A stretch of 64,000 nt of DNA from Octopus bimaculoides (Eukaryota): assembly GCF_001194135.2 (NCBI RefSeq), contig NC_068983.1, positions 28,543,275 through 28,607,274 of the forward strand. Reading direction: 5' to 3'. A model generated the notes under the pieces. That model saw nothing but the letters and a program-made list of their open reading frames with translations, searched no databases and was not told where the DNA came from. Both the position numbers and the translations under genes were made by a program. Of this stretch, positions 38,735 through 51,302 are shown one piece after another. The first letter of the stretch is position 1. Every line of letters starts with the position of its first letter.

Positions 38735-40232
38735 TTGTTGATGGTATATTAATTATATCATTGACATCATCATCATCATGAGCAGCGTTTTAATGTCTGC
38801 TTTTCTATGCTTGCATCAAGTGTTGTCATTAGTTTCATTAATAACTTTAAGGCCATGTTAGATTGAATGTCAACACCTATTAGATCATTAGACATCACAA
38901 TCATTACCCAAAGCTGTTGTTGTTTAACCTCAGGTATGAGGAAGAAGAATAGTATAACTTCTAAATTTAAAATTATTTCCCTTTTTCTTTGAGAGTTGCT
39001 AATACTTGCCACTAGGTTTCTGCTTTGCTTTTGTAACTCCAACATCCAGCAAAATTTTAATTAAGAAATTTTTGCAAATAGCATTCAGTACAGCAGCTTT
39101 TAACTTATTCAAATTCATGGTATTAGCTTCTTTCAGTTATTTTCTGTAGTTCATTTTATTTTCTTGAAGACTCAGAAAGTTATAATATTGGGAGTAATAG
39201 AAGTGATTGCAGAATTATTACTCACTATAGAGGCAGTGTAGAGCCAAAAAGCTGTTTGGAAGTTATTGATTAATGCAAATAAATATAATGCACAATGCCA
39301 AGAATCATAGTCTTTCAATTATTCTCCTATTGGTTTCACTCATTAGGCAATGGCCATTCTGGGGCATCATCAGGACTGGTGTCAAAGTATGTATCACCCT
39401 AGACTTCTACTACAATTAACACCCACTTCCCTCAATTATGACTGATTGTAGAACGCAGCTAAGAGAACATCTTCTACATACATTTGTATCAATAGTTTAG
39501 CTGGTAATGATTCAGTTTATGACTACTGCCAAAATATTGTTTAAACAAATACAATAATTCTTCATTCTTCATTGACAGATGTGGATACTTAGTTTAAGGT
39601 TTATATATTTGCAACCATTTTTAATTTGGTCTAGTACCTTCAGATTTGGCACTGTAGATGAATATTTTGCTTGCCTAATGCATGACACCAGCCTAGTAGT
39701 CCACCTTCTACCTCAATTACATCAACCTCAAACATTTATTTTATTGAACGTGGAAGGATGAAAGATAAATTGGGTCTGGTTATGATTGAAACACAGAATG
39801 TAAAAGGACGTAATTAAATGAAGAATTTTGTCCTATTCTCTAACAATTCTGCCATCAACACAACACATACAAGAAGATTGTTTCCATTATTTGTGCTTAG
39901 ATCTCTTAGTTTGGTTCTAGAGTGAATCACATTTGCTGCCGAAATAATCAATATGAAATCAATAGAGTTCAATCAGTTAGCTGAGCTGACGTTGAATGAT
40001 CAAGCAATGTGTGTGTGTGTATGTGTGTGTGTGTGTGTGATGGACAATATGAACATGCAAGAATGACAGACTTCGCTTTGCATTAAGAACTTTACTTTGC
40101 AACAAGGTGGTTCCAGGTTCAATCCCACTGCATGTATTTCTACCATAGCCTTGTGTTTAATATACTTTGTGATTGAAATTCAGTAGAGGAAAACTGCACA
40201 GAAGGCAATTGTATATTTATTTCTCTGTCTGT

Positions 40233-40475
40233 CTCGAAGGTTATAAAGGACACAGGTTTCGTGTGTCACATAGCTAGCTAGAGGCGATGGCTTCTTGGAG
40301 CTAATTCACGGCAGCTTTCGTCCTAATTTTGGGACTGCCATGTTGGCTTGGCGATAACTATTAATTTCCAGTACCGCTGCCGTAGTCTCCTTTAGAGAGA
40401 CTTAGAAATATTAATAACTCTATTTCTGAAAACCAGTGGATAGATTCCACTGAAATTAGATAAATAACCTTCGAG
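40233..40475. mobile_element. Candidate MITE with 12-bp terminal inverted repeats
   Basis: CTCGAAGGTTAT (40233-40244) and ATAACCTTCGAG (40464-40475); CpG-rich interior; inner hairpin cagtgga/tccactg. No clear TSD. Confidence 0.45.
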
Positions 40476-41143
40476 CAGATAGTCANNNNNNNNNNNNNNN
40501 NNNNNNNNNNNNNNNNNNNNNNNNNNNNNNNNNNNNNNNNNNNNNNNNNNNNNNNNNNNNNNNNNNNNNNNNNNNNNNNNNNNNNNNNNNNNNNNNNNNN
40601 NNNNNNNNNNNNNNNNNNNNNNNNNNNNNNNNNNNNNNNNNNNNNNNNNNNNNNNNNNNNNNNNNNNNNNNNNNNNNNNNNNNNNNNNNNNNNNNNNNNN
40701 NNNNNNNNNNNNNNNNNNNNNNNNNNNNNNNNNNNNNNNNNNNNNNNNNNNNNNNNNNNNNNNNNNNNNNNNNNNNNNNNNNNNNNNNNNNNNNNNNNNN
40801 NNNNNNNNNNNNNNNNNNNNNNNNNNNNNNNNNNNNNNNNNNNNNNNNNNNNNNNNNNNNNNNNNNNNNNNNNNNNNNNNNNNNNNNNNNNNNNNNNNNN
40901 NNNNNNNNNNNNNNNNNNNNNNNNNNNNNNNNNNNNNNNNNNNNNNNNNNNNNNNNNNNNNNNNNNNNNNNNNNNNNNNNNNNNNNNNNNNNNNNNNNNN
41001 NNNNNNNNNNNNNNNNNNNNNNNNNNNNNNNNNNNNNNNNNNNNNNNNNNNNNNNNNNNNNNNNNNNNNNNNNNNNNNNNNNNNNNNNNNNNNNNNNNNN
41101 NNNNNNNNNNNNNNNNNNTGGTGTGTTTATGTCCCCATAACTT

Positions 41144-41534
41144 CTTGTTGTTGTTGGCACTCTGTCGCTTACGAAGTCGAGGGTTCCAGTTGATCCAATC
41201 AACGGAACAGCCTGCTCGTGAAATTAACGTGCAAGTGGCTGAGCACTCCACAGATACGTGTACCCTTAGCGCAGTTCTCAGGGATATTCAGCGTGACACA
41301 AAGTGTGACGAGGCTGACCTTTTGAATTACAGGCACAACAGAAACAGGAAGTAAGAGTGAGAGAAAGTTGTGGTGAAAGAGTACAGCAGGGTTTGCCACC
41401 ATCTCCTGCTGGAGCCTCGTGGAGCTTTAGGTGTTTTCGCTCAATAAACACTCACAACGCACGGTCTGGGAATTCAAACTGCAATCCTATGAATGCAAGT
41501 CCTCTGCCCTAACCACTGGGCCATTGCGTCTCCA
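41144..41534 (-). mobile_element. SINE family B nested in a SINE A tail, 11-bp TSD
   Basis: TSD ccccataactt at 41133-41143 and 41535-41545; the A sequence resumes agtggtttggcaaaagacc. Confidence 0.9.
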
Positions 41535-41874
41535 CCCCCATAACTTAGTGGTTTGGCAAAAGACCTAAAGCACACGATTTAATCCATCATATATATTTTC
41601 TTCCTTTTTGGTATTTTCAGAAATTATATGCAATTTTGTCCTACACACTGTCTCTTGTGTTGGTGTGTCTACGTCTCTGTAACTTAGCAGTTTGGCAAAA
41701 CAGACCAATAGAATAAGTACAAAGTTTAAAAAAAGGGAAAAAAAGTTCTGAGGTCAATTCATTTGATTAAAAATTTTTCATGGCATTGCTCCAGCATGGC
41801 TGCTGCCTAATGACTGAAACCAGCAAAAGAAAGATAAAAGACAGAAGATATTATCTAACAGGTAAACGATTTAG

Positions 41875-41906
41875 TCTTAATTTTTTTTTCCATTTTCAAG
41901 GTAGGA
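41875..41906 (+). other. Candidate recursive splice site or terminal-exon acceptor
   Basis: cttaatttttttttccattttcaag|gtagga; all three frames close within about 25 nt. Confidence 0.3.
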
Positions 41907-42660
41907 ACACACCCAATATAATGTAAAGAATATGCTGATCCGTATTTACAACCCAAACTCCTGAAGCATAAAGTATAAATAAAGGAATTTCTGAACCATT
42001 GAGAGAGAGGGGGGGAGAAAGACGGAGGGGGAGAGGGAGAGAGAGAGAGAGAGAGAAAACAAATAGTATTTTTAAGCAACAAAATATTCCTTTTATGAAA
42101 TATATTGTTAATGCCGTTAGGAAAACTAGTACTATCCTGCAAGTGCTTGTTCCAGAGCCAAGTAAACATCCTGCCACACACACACACACACACACATATA
42201 TACAAACACATATATTTACTCATAAGTGAATATTTGCATACACACATGCAATACCAAATATCTCTATGTATAGTGTACATACATACACACACATATAAAC
42301 ACAAATATATATAAACTCCAATATACTTACACAACTCTACATGTGTGCATACACACATGCTCTCACACCCAAACACGTATATACACAAGCAAGAACAAGT
42401 ACGCCGCTTCCAATACACACACGCACAAATATACACACATATGCACATAAACACAAACATCTATATGCAAACACACACAGAGATACAATGCAAAAACAAT
42501 AGAGTGTGTACACACACCTGTACATATGTACACACGCACAACCTCAAATATGTAAATTTACTTGCACATGTATGTATAAACTAACATGCAAGCATATTTA
42601 TACAGACTCACACAAACACAATATCTATGCATGTAGATACACACAAGCTCAGATATATAT

Positions 42661-42858
42661 ACTCTTTTACTCTTTTACTTGTTTCAGTCATTTGACTGCG
42701 GCCATGCTGGAGCACCACCTTTAGTCAAGCAAATCGACCTCAGGTCTTATTCTTTGTAAGCCTAGTGCTTATTCTATTGGTCTTTTTTGCTGAACCACTA
42801 GGTGATGGGGACGTAAACGCACCACCATCGGTTGTCAAGCGATGTTGGGGAGACAAAC

Positions 42859-42900
<42 letters not shown>

Positions 42901-42941
42901 ACACATACACACACNNNNNNNNNNNNNNNNNNNNNNNNNNN

Positions 42942-42986
<45 letters not shown>

Positions 42987-43225
42987 GAATTCACAAAAAA
43001 AAACAACAGACGGAGACAGGTGGTGTAGAAAACAAATAGATGTATTATTATAACGCTCGGGAATTGAAAAAGTTTTTAACGTTTCGAGTCTACGCTCTTC
43101 CACAGAAAGAAACAAGGAGAGAAACAAGGAGAGAAAAAGAATGTGTGTAGTGGTCAGCGACAGGCTTCTTTCAGTTTCCGTCTACCAAATCCACTCACAA
43201 GGCTTTGGTCGGCCTGAGGGTATAG
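42661..43225 (-). mobile_element. SINE family A carrying an insertion in its internal microsatellite
   Basis: Tail half at 42661-42860, then (CA)n/(TA)n, an insert at 42983-43160, and the head half resuming at cgacaggcttctttcag. Confidence 0.85.
42983..43160 (+). mobile_element. Penelope-like terminal-repeat fragment
   Basis: acgtttcgagtctacgctcttccacag motif and (TA)n flank; second copy at 33606-33790. The Penelope assignment is by resemblance only. Confidence 0.5.
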
Positions 43226-43249
43226 TAGAAAAAAAAAAGCAATAGTATT

Positions 43250-43360
43250 TAATAATAATAATAATAATAATAATGATAATAATAATGATAATAATAATGA
43301 TAATAATAATAATATTAATAATAATAACAATAATAATCATTATTATTATTATTAAAATAT
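43250..43360. repeat. (AAT)n microsatellite, partly inverted to (ATT)n
   Basis: Direct reading. Confidence 0.9.
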
Positions 43361-43643
43361 CAATACTAAATTAATATATATGTACATTTTAATCGTTAAA
43401 TTTATCGCATAAGCATTTTGCAACAAGAGTGGGAGTCTGGCTGAAATTGAAATGAAATGAAATTACATGTGGCCTCGGCAACTAGGTATTAAAAGAAATG
43501 GGGGAATCACAGTCGTTGAGTTAGTCACATTTGAATAATAATAATAATAATAATTTAGCTGTTGATTCAAGAAAAAGCAAGTGACCGAGCTGTTGATTCA
43601 TGAACAGCAGCAAAGAAATGGAACAATATGTGGGAATGCATTA

Positions 43644-43685
<42 letters not shown>

Positions 43686-43738
43686 GTATGTGTGTGTATA
43701 TTCATATACATACATGTTATAGTTATATATTGTTGTAG

Positions 43739-43807
<69 letters not shown>

Positions 43808-45149
43808 TAAATCATTATTATTATTAAAAAATAATAAAAAAATACAACCAAATCCATGATGTTCTGGCAGAAGCTAGTATTTATATTCTATCCAAACAAA
43901 TTAGCTAATGGCTTCAAATACAGAGATAGATATGAAGGAAAGAAAATACAGGTTTCTGGCTGGATGGCTAGAAGCAGGAAAATATCCAAACTATAGGAAG
44001 ATTGAATGCTGAAACTTATCCAAATATTAACAATGGAAAAACTATAATTCCATACTGACTTTATCAATAAAGTAAGGAAACGTTAACAAGCTTGTTTTCG
44101 TACTGATTCTCTGATACTTGCCAACATGACCAGCAATCATGAGTAAGAGCAAATGTACTTAAAGTAGTCACAAAATGCTTCCAAATTTCTGTTATAGATG
44201 TGTATTTATATTCTGATTTTGGCTAATTTCTCAAGAAAGTTCTTCTTTCCCATTTGTTGATCCTCCAGTTTAAACTTTAAAATATTTTCTCCTCCTGTTC
44301 TTAGGCATTACTTTTCTATCTCCATAGAAATCTACTTTTGTCAAGCAATGCTATTTCATATATAATCAATACTGGAAGACATAGGATGCATCCTTTATCA
44401 AGTAGGATATAAATCTGTCTCTGCTACCAGAGATAACATTATTGCTACCATAGAGCAATACATTATATATTGCCAAAATAGCAGCACATACTCTCTTTTA
44501 TATCTGTCATGAAAAAATCTAGGCTTTCAAGGTTATATTCTGGGCGCTGTTATTGATTAAATTCTCTGCAGTTTACTAAAATGATTAAGGATTTCTTATT
44601 AAATAAAAATATATCAATACAAAGCTAAATTAGATAAATAAATTCTGGGCACATATAAGTTCTTCAAACAAAATATACAAAACATTAAGATCTAGTCTAA
44701 TTATTCTTGCATATATCCTATCAAAAGATAATACAAATGGTAATCGTATTAAATTTGCTTTCAGTCCTATTTCCCTTAGAAACTGAACAGTTTCATTTCA
44801 AAACAATATTAAAAAAAAAAAGAAACTATTTCAAAGTATTATCTAGTAGTAAATAACTTAGAACTTAATATAGAGATGTGTATTTGATTAGATTTACTTC
44901 TTTTTAATTTTGAATTTACATTGGTCACATGACAAACAATACAGAGATATGCTTTATATTTTATATTTAGTTAAGAAGTAATTAAAAATTTGAGTGTTGA
45001 TCAAGTAACCATATTTTAAATTGCTTTAAAAATGTATATATTTGAGATTTGAGATTTGAATTAATAGTAGCTTACTAAAATCCCAAATTTGTCCAAATAT
45101 AAAATCTGAAAAGCAGATTTCAATAAACTAAAGGTGGTTTGCATTATTC

Positions 45150-45470
45150 TTTTATTCTTTTACTTGTTTCAGTCATTTGACTGCGGCCATGCTGGAGCAC
45201 TGCCTTAAAGGGTTATAGTCGAAGAAATTGACCCCAGGACTTATTCTGTGTAAGCCTAGTACTTATTCTCTCGATCTCTTTCGCTGAACACTAAGTTACA
45301 GTAACATAATCACACTAGCATTGGTTGTCAAGTGATGGTAGTGGGGGAACAAACACAGACATACACACACACACACACATAAATATATACCTTTCAGTTT
45401 CTGTCTACCAAATCCACTCACAAGGCTTTCATGGGCCTGAGACTATAGTAGAAAGACACTGCCTAAGTGA
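45150..45470 (-). mobile_element. SINE family A, 5'-truncated
   Basis: ttttacttgtttcagtcatttgactgcggccatgc...caaatccactcacaagg. Confidence 0.85.
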
Positions 45471-46566
45471 GACTTGGCAAATATTATTTAATAAATTCCC
45501 TAAATTCTATATTTGTATGCCAGAGTGAGACAAGAATCTTGATATTTCAAGATAAAACCTTTGCCAATAAGAGAAAATTTTATTCATATATGTATATAAA
45601 TATATATTGAAAAAACTTACTCTCTCCAAAAACTTAGCATGAAGAATTTTGTCTTCACCTGCAGCAAAGAGACTTTATAATGTGTGAATTTTACTATAGA
45701 ATATTTCATCAGGTGGAACTCTACATAATTCTTTTAACAATGAATAGGTTTAGTTCTATACAGAGGCAATGAGCTGATGTTCCAACTAATTTGCCTTTTC
45801 GTGCAGCTACTGAATATTCAATCATACAGTCACCTGTCTATCCCAGTATGGTGCATCAAAGAAACCAAACACACACACACACAGAGTGTCTCTCTCAGGT
45901 TACTTTGTGTCATGAAACATCCTCAACCTTTCGCAATAAAATTAATTCAGTTTAAAATTGAATTATGCTGTTTAAGCACTCATTACCAGTCTTTTTTCCC
46001 CTTTTATTATAATCTTCATGGAAATGTGTCCTTTAGTGTTTGGGTTGCTAATAGAAAAGAAAGCGCTAATTTTCGATTTAATAGCTGTCATATGCAGTAA
46101 CCAGAAGAAGGAATTAATGTTGGCGACATTTCTTCTACTGTTGATGCCATTCTTGTGATTGACAGAATAAATGCATTGCAGTTGATGTTTTTGGTGATTT
46201 TTGCATCTTCCAAATTTTTCTATGAGATTTTAGATTTGTAGGTTATTAAATGTTTTTATTCATTTAATTTGTTGTTAATGTTTAGGATTACTGACTGTAT
46301 AATCAAGATTTCAAATCCTGCTATTAACATTTTGATCATAATCCATGTAATTCCAACACCACATTACATATATCAGTGTACTTAACAAAAATATTATTGC
46401 TTGATTACAGGCAGACTCAGTACCATAATGTGGTATCATGAGTAAATGTCTTCTGTTATAACCTCAGGCTGGCCAATACCTTGTTAGGGAAATTTGGTAG
46501 AAACTGTGTGAAAGCCAATTTTATATTGTGAAAGATTGAAGATGCTGCATAAAACAAAATACAATG

Positions 46567-46700
46567 AGAGAGACAGACAGGAAAGCAGAGAGACAGACAG
46601 AAAAGCAGAGAGACAGACAGAAAAGCAGAGAGACAGACAGGAAAGCAGAGAGACAGACAGAAAAGCAGAGAGACAGACAGGAAAGCAGAGAGACAGAGAG
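46567..46700. repeat. 20-bp minisatellite AGAGAGACAGACAGRAAAGC, about 6.5 copies
   Basis: Direct reading. Confidence 0.95.
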
Positions 46701-46861
46701 AATGAGTATGCATGGCTTGTTTGGTGAACCATACTGAGATAGATAAGAAATTATATGTTTAAATATGAATTGTTATAAAAAAAAAAACGATCTGAAGAAT
46801 CAGGCGCTGAAACTAGCAGTCATTAGAATAAAGTGAAATTTTCAGTTACCGCATGCACGAC

Positions 46862-46908
<47 letters not shown>

Positions 46909-47109
46909 ATGCATGTGTATGTCTACATTTTTTGCTAATGTACTCATATCAGTGACAAAATCTATAAACAGTTACATTCCTGCAAAAATGCCTTGTGGTA
47001 TAGGTCCACTAGAGTTACACAAATAATCCCTTGCTAGTCTTGCTATTAGAAATGCAGTGAACCAGTGAAACAATGGTCCTGTGATAAATTATAACCAATG
47101 AGGTTCCGT

Positions 47110-47330
47110 CCTTCCTTTCTTCCTCTCCCTTGACCATGTGGTTGTTGGGGCGTTTGTTGATGATGGCACAACCAGATCTTACCACTTCTCTTGGTCTTCT
47201 CCTGCCCTCTGTAAGTCAGTGGAAATGAGGCTTATCCATTCTTTAATGTTAACCTGGGCAATCACCAATCTTATAAGGGTTCTGGTCAGTGTGTCACCAC
47301 CATGAATTAATCATGAGCAAGTTAGCTTGG
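47110..47330 (-). mobile_element. RTE (BovB-like) ORF C-terminal remnant
   Basis: From 47250 the minus strand reads NIKEWISLISTDLQRAGEDQEKW*DLVVPSSTNAPTTTWSR, resembling the DNIKEWTG...EDR..W pattern. Confidence 0.6.
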
Positions 47331-47639
47331 TGGCACCCATTCCTCCCCAAGCTATTAGCCACATTTGTATGCTTCTACCTGAGACATACATGCCTTGGCC
47401 TTGAACACTAGGTTGTTGACCTAAGCAGGTTCCTCTGCTCTACCTGGTGACTCCTTGCAAAGACTTACCTAAAGTATTTTGCTGTGTTAGCACAATCTCT
47501 TCATTTGGTTTAGCCCACTAGCTGAAGTAGGGTACCAGGATGTGGCACTGGGAGCCATGGTCAGGTGAACAGGTATCACTGGTCCTCATTTAACTTCTAA
47601 TCTCTCATCAACAAGGTTATTGTTCACAAAATGCCTATT

Positions 47640-48005
47640 CATCATCATCATTGTCGTCGTTTAACGTCCGCTTTCCATGCTAGCATGGGTTGGGCGATTT
47701 GATTGAGGACTGGTGAACCAGATGGCTACACAAAGCTCCAATCTGATTTGGCAGAGTTTCTACAGCTGGATGCCCTTCCTAACACCAACCACTCCAAGAG
47801 TGTAGTGGGTGCTTTTACATGCCACCAGCACGAAGGCCAGTCAGGAGGTACTGGCAACGGCCACGCTCAAAATGGTGTATTTTATGTGCCACCTGCACAA
47901 GAGCCAGTCCAGCGGTACTGGCAACGATCTCATTCGAATGTCTTTATACATGCCATCTGGCACAAGTGTCAGGAAGGTGACGTTGGTAACGATCACACTC
48001 AAATT
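47640..48005 (-). mobile_element. RTE-type 3' UTR with subrepeats and (GAT)n tail
   Basis: gtttaacgtccgctttccatgctagcatgggttgg...gctggatgcccttcctaacacc, followed by subrepeat units. Confidence 0.8.
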
Positions 48006-48082
48006 TCTAATCCTGCTTAATATTATGACGAATATTATTTCTCTTGTGATACCTGCAATCACTAGAAGAAATACATGTTTGA

Positions 48083-48302
48083 CCATTTAGCATTTAAATT
48101 GGTCATATCCTGTCCAAATATTCTACCTATTTTATGTTCGAACCAGCCAGATCTGGTCTCTCACATCTTAACTACAATGTCATTCTAAAAATATACAATC
48201 AAAGTCATCAAAATTTCAAAGCTACGAAATATGCATAATTAATACAAAACAAGATGAATAAAGAAGCATTATGTTTGACAAAGAAATCTGAACGCTAAAG
48301 GG
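48083..48302. mobile_element. piggyBac-like MITE copy 1
   Basis: cca(c)tttagcattt...gctaaaggg|ttaa; homologous to 50419-50638. Confidence 0.75.
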
Positions 48303-48612
48303 TTAAGATAAATATATCATCCAGTTAGAAAAAATACTTCAAGTGACACCAACATATATACAGATAGTAAAAAAAAACGAACACATTTTTTTTTACTTTC
48401 AAGTGAATGGTAAGATTGAAAAATACAATATATCTGTGTCATCAGAAGTTATCAAGGCCAGTGAACACTAGAACAATAAATCTTCTATTATTTCAAGCAT
48501 CCAGTAACATAACTCTAAAAGAAATAGATGTGTTATGTGAAACCTAATTGAATATATTGAATATAAAATTATACCCATAATATAGATCAGTTCAGGTTTT
48601 TAAAGAAGACAG

Positions 48613-48649
<37 letters not shown>

Positions 48650-49379
48650 TAGAGTAAAAGTGAGTAACTGTATGAGCAAGTGTGTGTGCACACATTTTAA
48701 GTGCACATCAAATCAGTTGCATCAAGTTTCACTGCACACTTTAACAATGCACAGTAACTCATATTTCATTATGTGTCATCCAGTTAAAAAAAATATATAA
48801 TCCTTTTAAGAATTCAGATTTTCTTTTGAACTTTTCTCTCTCTAGAGTTATATTCATTTTTAAAAATTTTATTGTTGTTTTACCCTAATACTAAATCAAT
48901 ACAAAACTTTCCCTAGATTTCTTAAAATTCAATGCAAACTGAGTCTCATTTGTAAAGTAGATAACTTAAATTTATATTTTCCAAATGATGTATTTTTTTT
49001 TATGATTTCCTTTTAAAATCTAGTTCCTCAATTCATTTGTTTTCTTATAAATTTTAGTGCTTTTAATTTGGAATAATCCTCGAAGAAAAGCTATTTTTAT
49101 TGCAGATTAATTCATTGTGTTAAGCAACAATATCAACAACAGTTACTCCACAATAGAAGTTGTGCATATAGATTAATCTACACAAACAATAACAATTATG
49201 TAAGAACTGTTGGTGAATTTGCAGAGTTGTTTGATCCTCAGATAAAATGCTTTGCTATATTTACTCTGGCTCCCAACGTTCTAGGTTCAAATATCACCAT
49301 AGTCAAATTTACATTTCGTTTTTCTAACTTTGATAAGTGAAGAGCCAGTAAAGGCAGCTGACTGGTAGAAGTATTAAAG

Positions 49380-49775
49380 CCATTGGGCTGTGACCATTCT
49401 GGGGCACCATCTTGAAGGGCTTTAGTCAAATGAACTGACCCCAGAACTTACTTTGTTAAAACTAGTACTCATTCTAGCAGCCTCTTTTGCCAAACTGCTA
49501 AGCTACACGGATGTAAACAAACCAGCACTGGTTGTCAAGCAGTGGTGGGGGACAAACACAAGCACAAAAACATACACATTGAGACACACGCACACACACA
49601 CACACACATATGTGATGGGCTTCTTTCAGTTTCCATTTGCCAAATCCACCCATAGAGCCTTGGTCAGTTCACGACAATAATAAAAGACACCCAAGGTGCC
49701 ACACAGTAGGATTGAACTAGTAACCATGTAGTTGGGAAGCAACCTTCTTGCCATACAGCCACGCCTGTGCCTATA
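49380..49775 (-). mobile_element. SINE family A, diverged
   Basis: Both halves present with internal (CA)n. Confidence 0.8.
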
Positions 49776-49961
49776 TGCCCATGCCAGTTCCTATTTATTT
49801 GTTCTGATGTTTTGTTTTCTGAGTTGAAATCCTGCTGCAGCCTACTTGAGTGGTTGATTTAATTCGTCATTCTGCTTAACCCCAATGTCCGGTTACTGAG
49901 TTCATTCTGTTGCAAGTACTCAGGCCAGGACCACGGTTAGAGCATAGCTTACTCCTTCCTG

Positions 49962-50287
49962 GAGCACTCTGTCAGTTACGACGACGAGGGTTCCCAGCTG
50001 ATATGATCAACGGAACAGCCTGGTCATGAAATTAACGTGCAAGTGGCTGAGCACTCCACAGACATGTGTACTCCTAACGTAGTTCTCAGGAAGACTCAGT
50101 GTGACACATTGTGGGACAAGGCCGGCCCTTTGAAATACAGGTACTACTCATTTTTTGTCAGCTGAGTGGACTGGAGCAACGTGAAATAAAGTGTCTTGCT
50201 CAAGGACACAATGCGTCGCCAGGAATTGAACTCATGATCTTACAATCGTGAGCCGAATGCCCTAACCACTAAGCCACATGCCTTCAC
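49962..50287 (-). mobile_element. SINE family D head with tail X
   Basis: Reverse of gtgaaggcatgtggcttagtggttaggg...ttgagcaagacacttt...acgtcgtcgtaactgacagagtgc. Confidence 0.85.
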
Positions 50288-50418
50288 TCCTCCCCACCTC
50301 ACTTGGAAGACCACAAACGTGTCAGCCATACCCACAAACTAAGCAGTAAAAGAAACAAAAACTACTTCCTATATTCCTAAACATAAACACTTCTCCAAGA
50401 GTTGACATAAAACTTTAA

Positions 50419-50638
50419 CCCTTTAGCATTTAAACTGACCATATCAGACCCAAATATTCTACTTATTTTATGTTTAAACTGACCAGATCCAGCCTCTCAC
50501 ACATACTCTACAATGTTATTCCAAAAATAAACAATCGTATTATTGAAATCTCAAAGCGACAAGATAATGCAAAATTAATTCAAAACAATGTGAATAAGTA
50601 ATGATTACATTTGACAAAGAAATCTGAATGCTAAAGGG
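50419..50638. mobile_element. piggyBac-like MITE copy 2
   Basis: TTAA|CCCTTTAGCATT...AATGCTAAAGGG|TTAA; TTAA duplication on both sides and 5'-CCC termini. Confidence 0.85.
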
Positions 50639-51060
50639 TTAAACCAGAATTTTCCTACACAATATTAAAGACTACTGATGCTGTTCCAATTTCCCTAACC
50701 CCACCTTTATAATGGTGTGGTTTGGAAGATTGGGTTGCATCCAAGGTCAGCTATTGTGTGCCTGTGTTTGTGCTTGTGTATACTGATGTAAAAACAGTGC
50801 ACAAAGTATGGCAAAAAGTAAAACTTAGCCACCTGATAAACAGAGATCAATACCACTAGTACCAGAGATGAATAATTACCGGTGTTGATTTGATCAACTA
50901 AATATCTTGAAGGTGATCAATGCGCTAATTTGATCACTGTGCAACGAGTGAAGTCAGTGAAAGAATAAAAGGAAGACGAAGGCAATTAGGTCAGCAACTA
51001 ATTAGAAAATTCATAATTGTATGTAAGAATGATGACTATATTGATACAACAATGTAACCA

Positions 51061-51302
51061 GGTGGAGGTACATGGTTTAGTGGTTAGGGTGTTGGACTCG
51101 TGATCATAAGATTGTGGTTTCGATTCCTGGACTAGGTGACTCGTGCTCTTGAGCAAAATACTTCATTTCATATTGCTCCAGTCCACTCAGCTGGCAAAAA
51201 TGAGTAATGCTGCAATGGACCAGCGTTCCATCCAGGTGGGGAATATATATGCCACGTAAACTGAGAAACCAGCTTTATTGGTCTATATGACACAGGAAGA
51301 AT
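51061..51302 (+). mobile_element. SINE family D head with tail Y, 13-bp TSD
   Basis: TSD caatgtaaccagg at 51050-51062 and 51303-51315; tail gagtaatgctgcaatggaccagcgttcc. Confidence 0.85.

Noticed and set aside
46108-46160. Possible start exon MASTVEEMSPTLIPSS on the minus strand
   Set aside because: Weak donor (GTTACT), no promoter context and no homology recognised.
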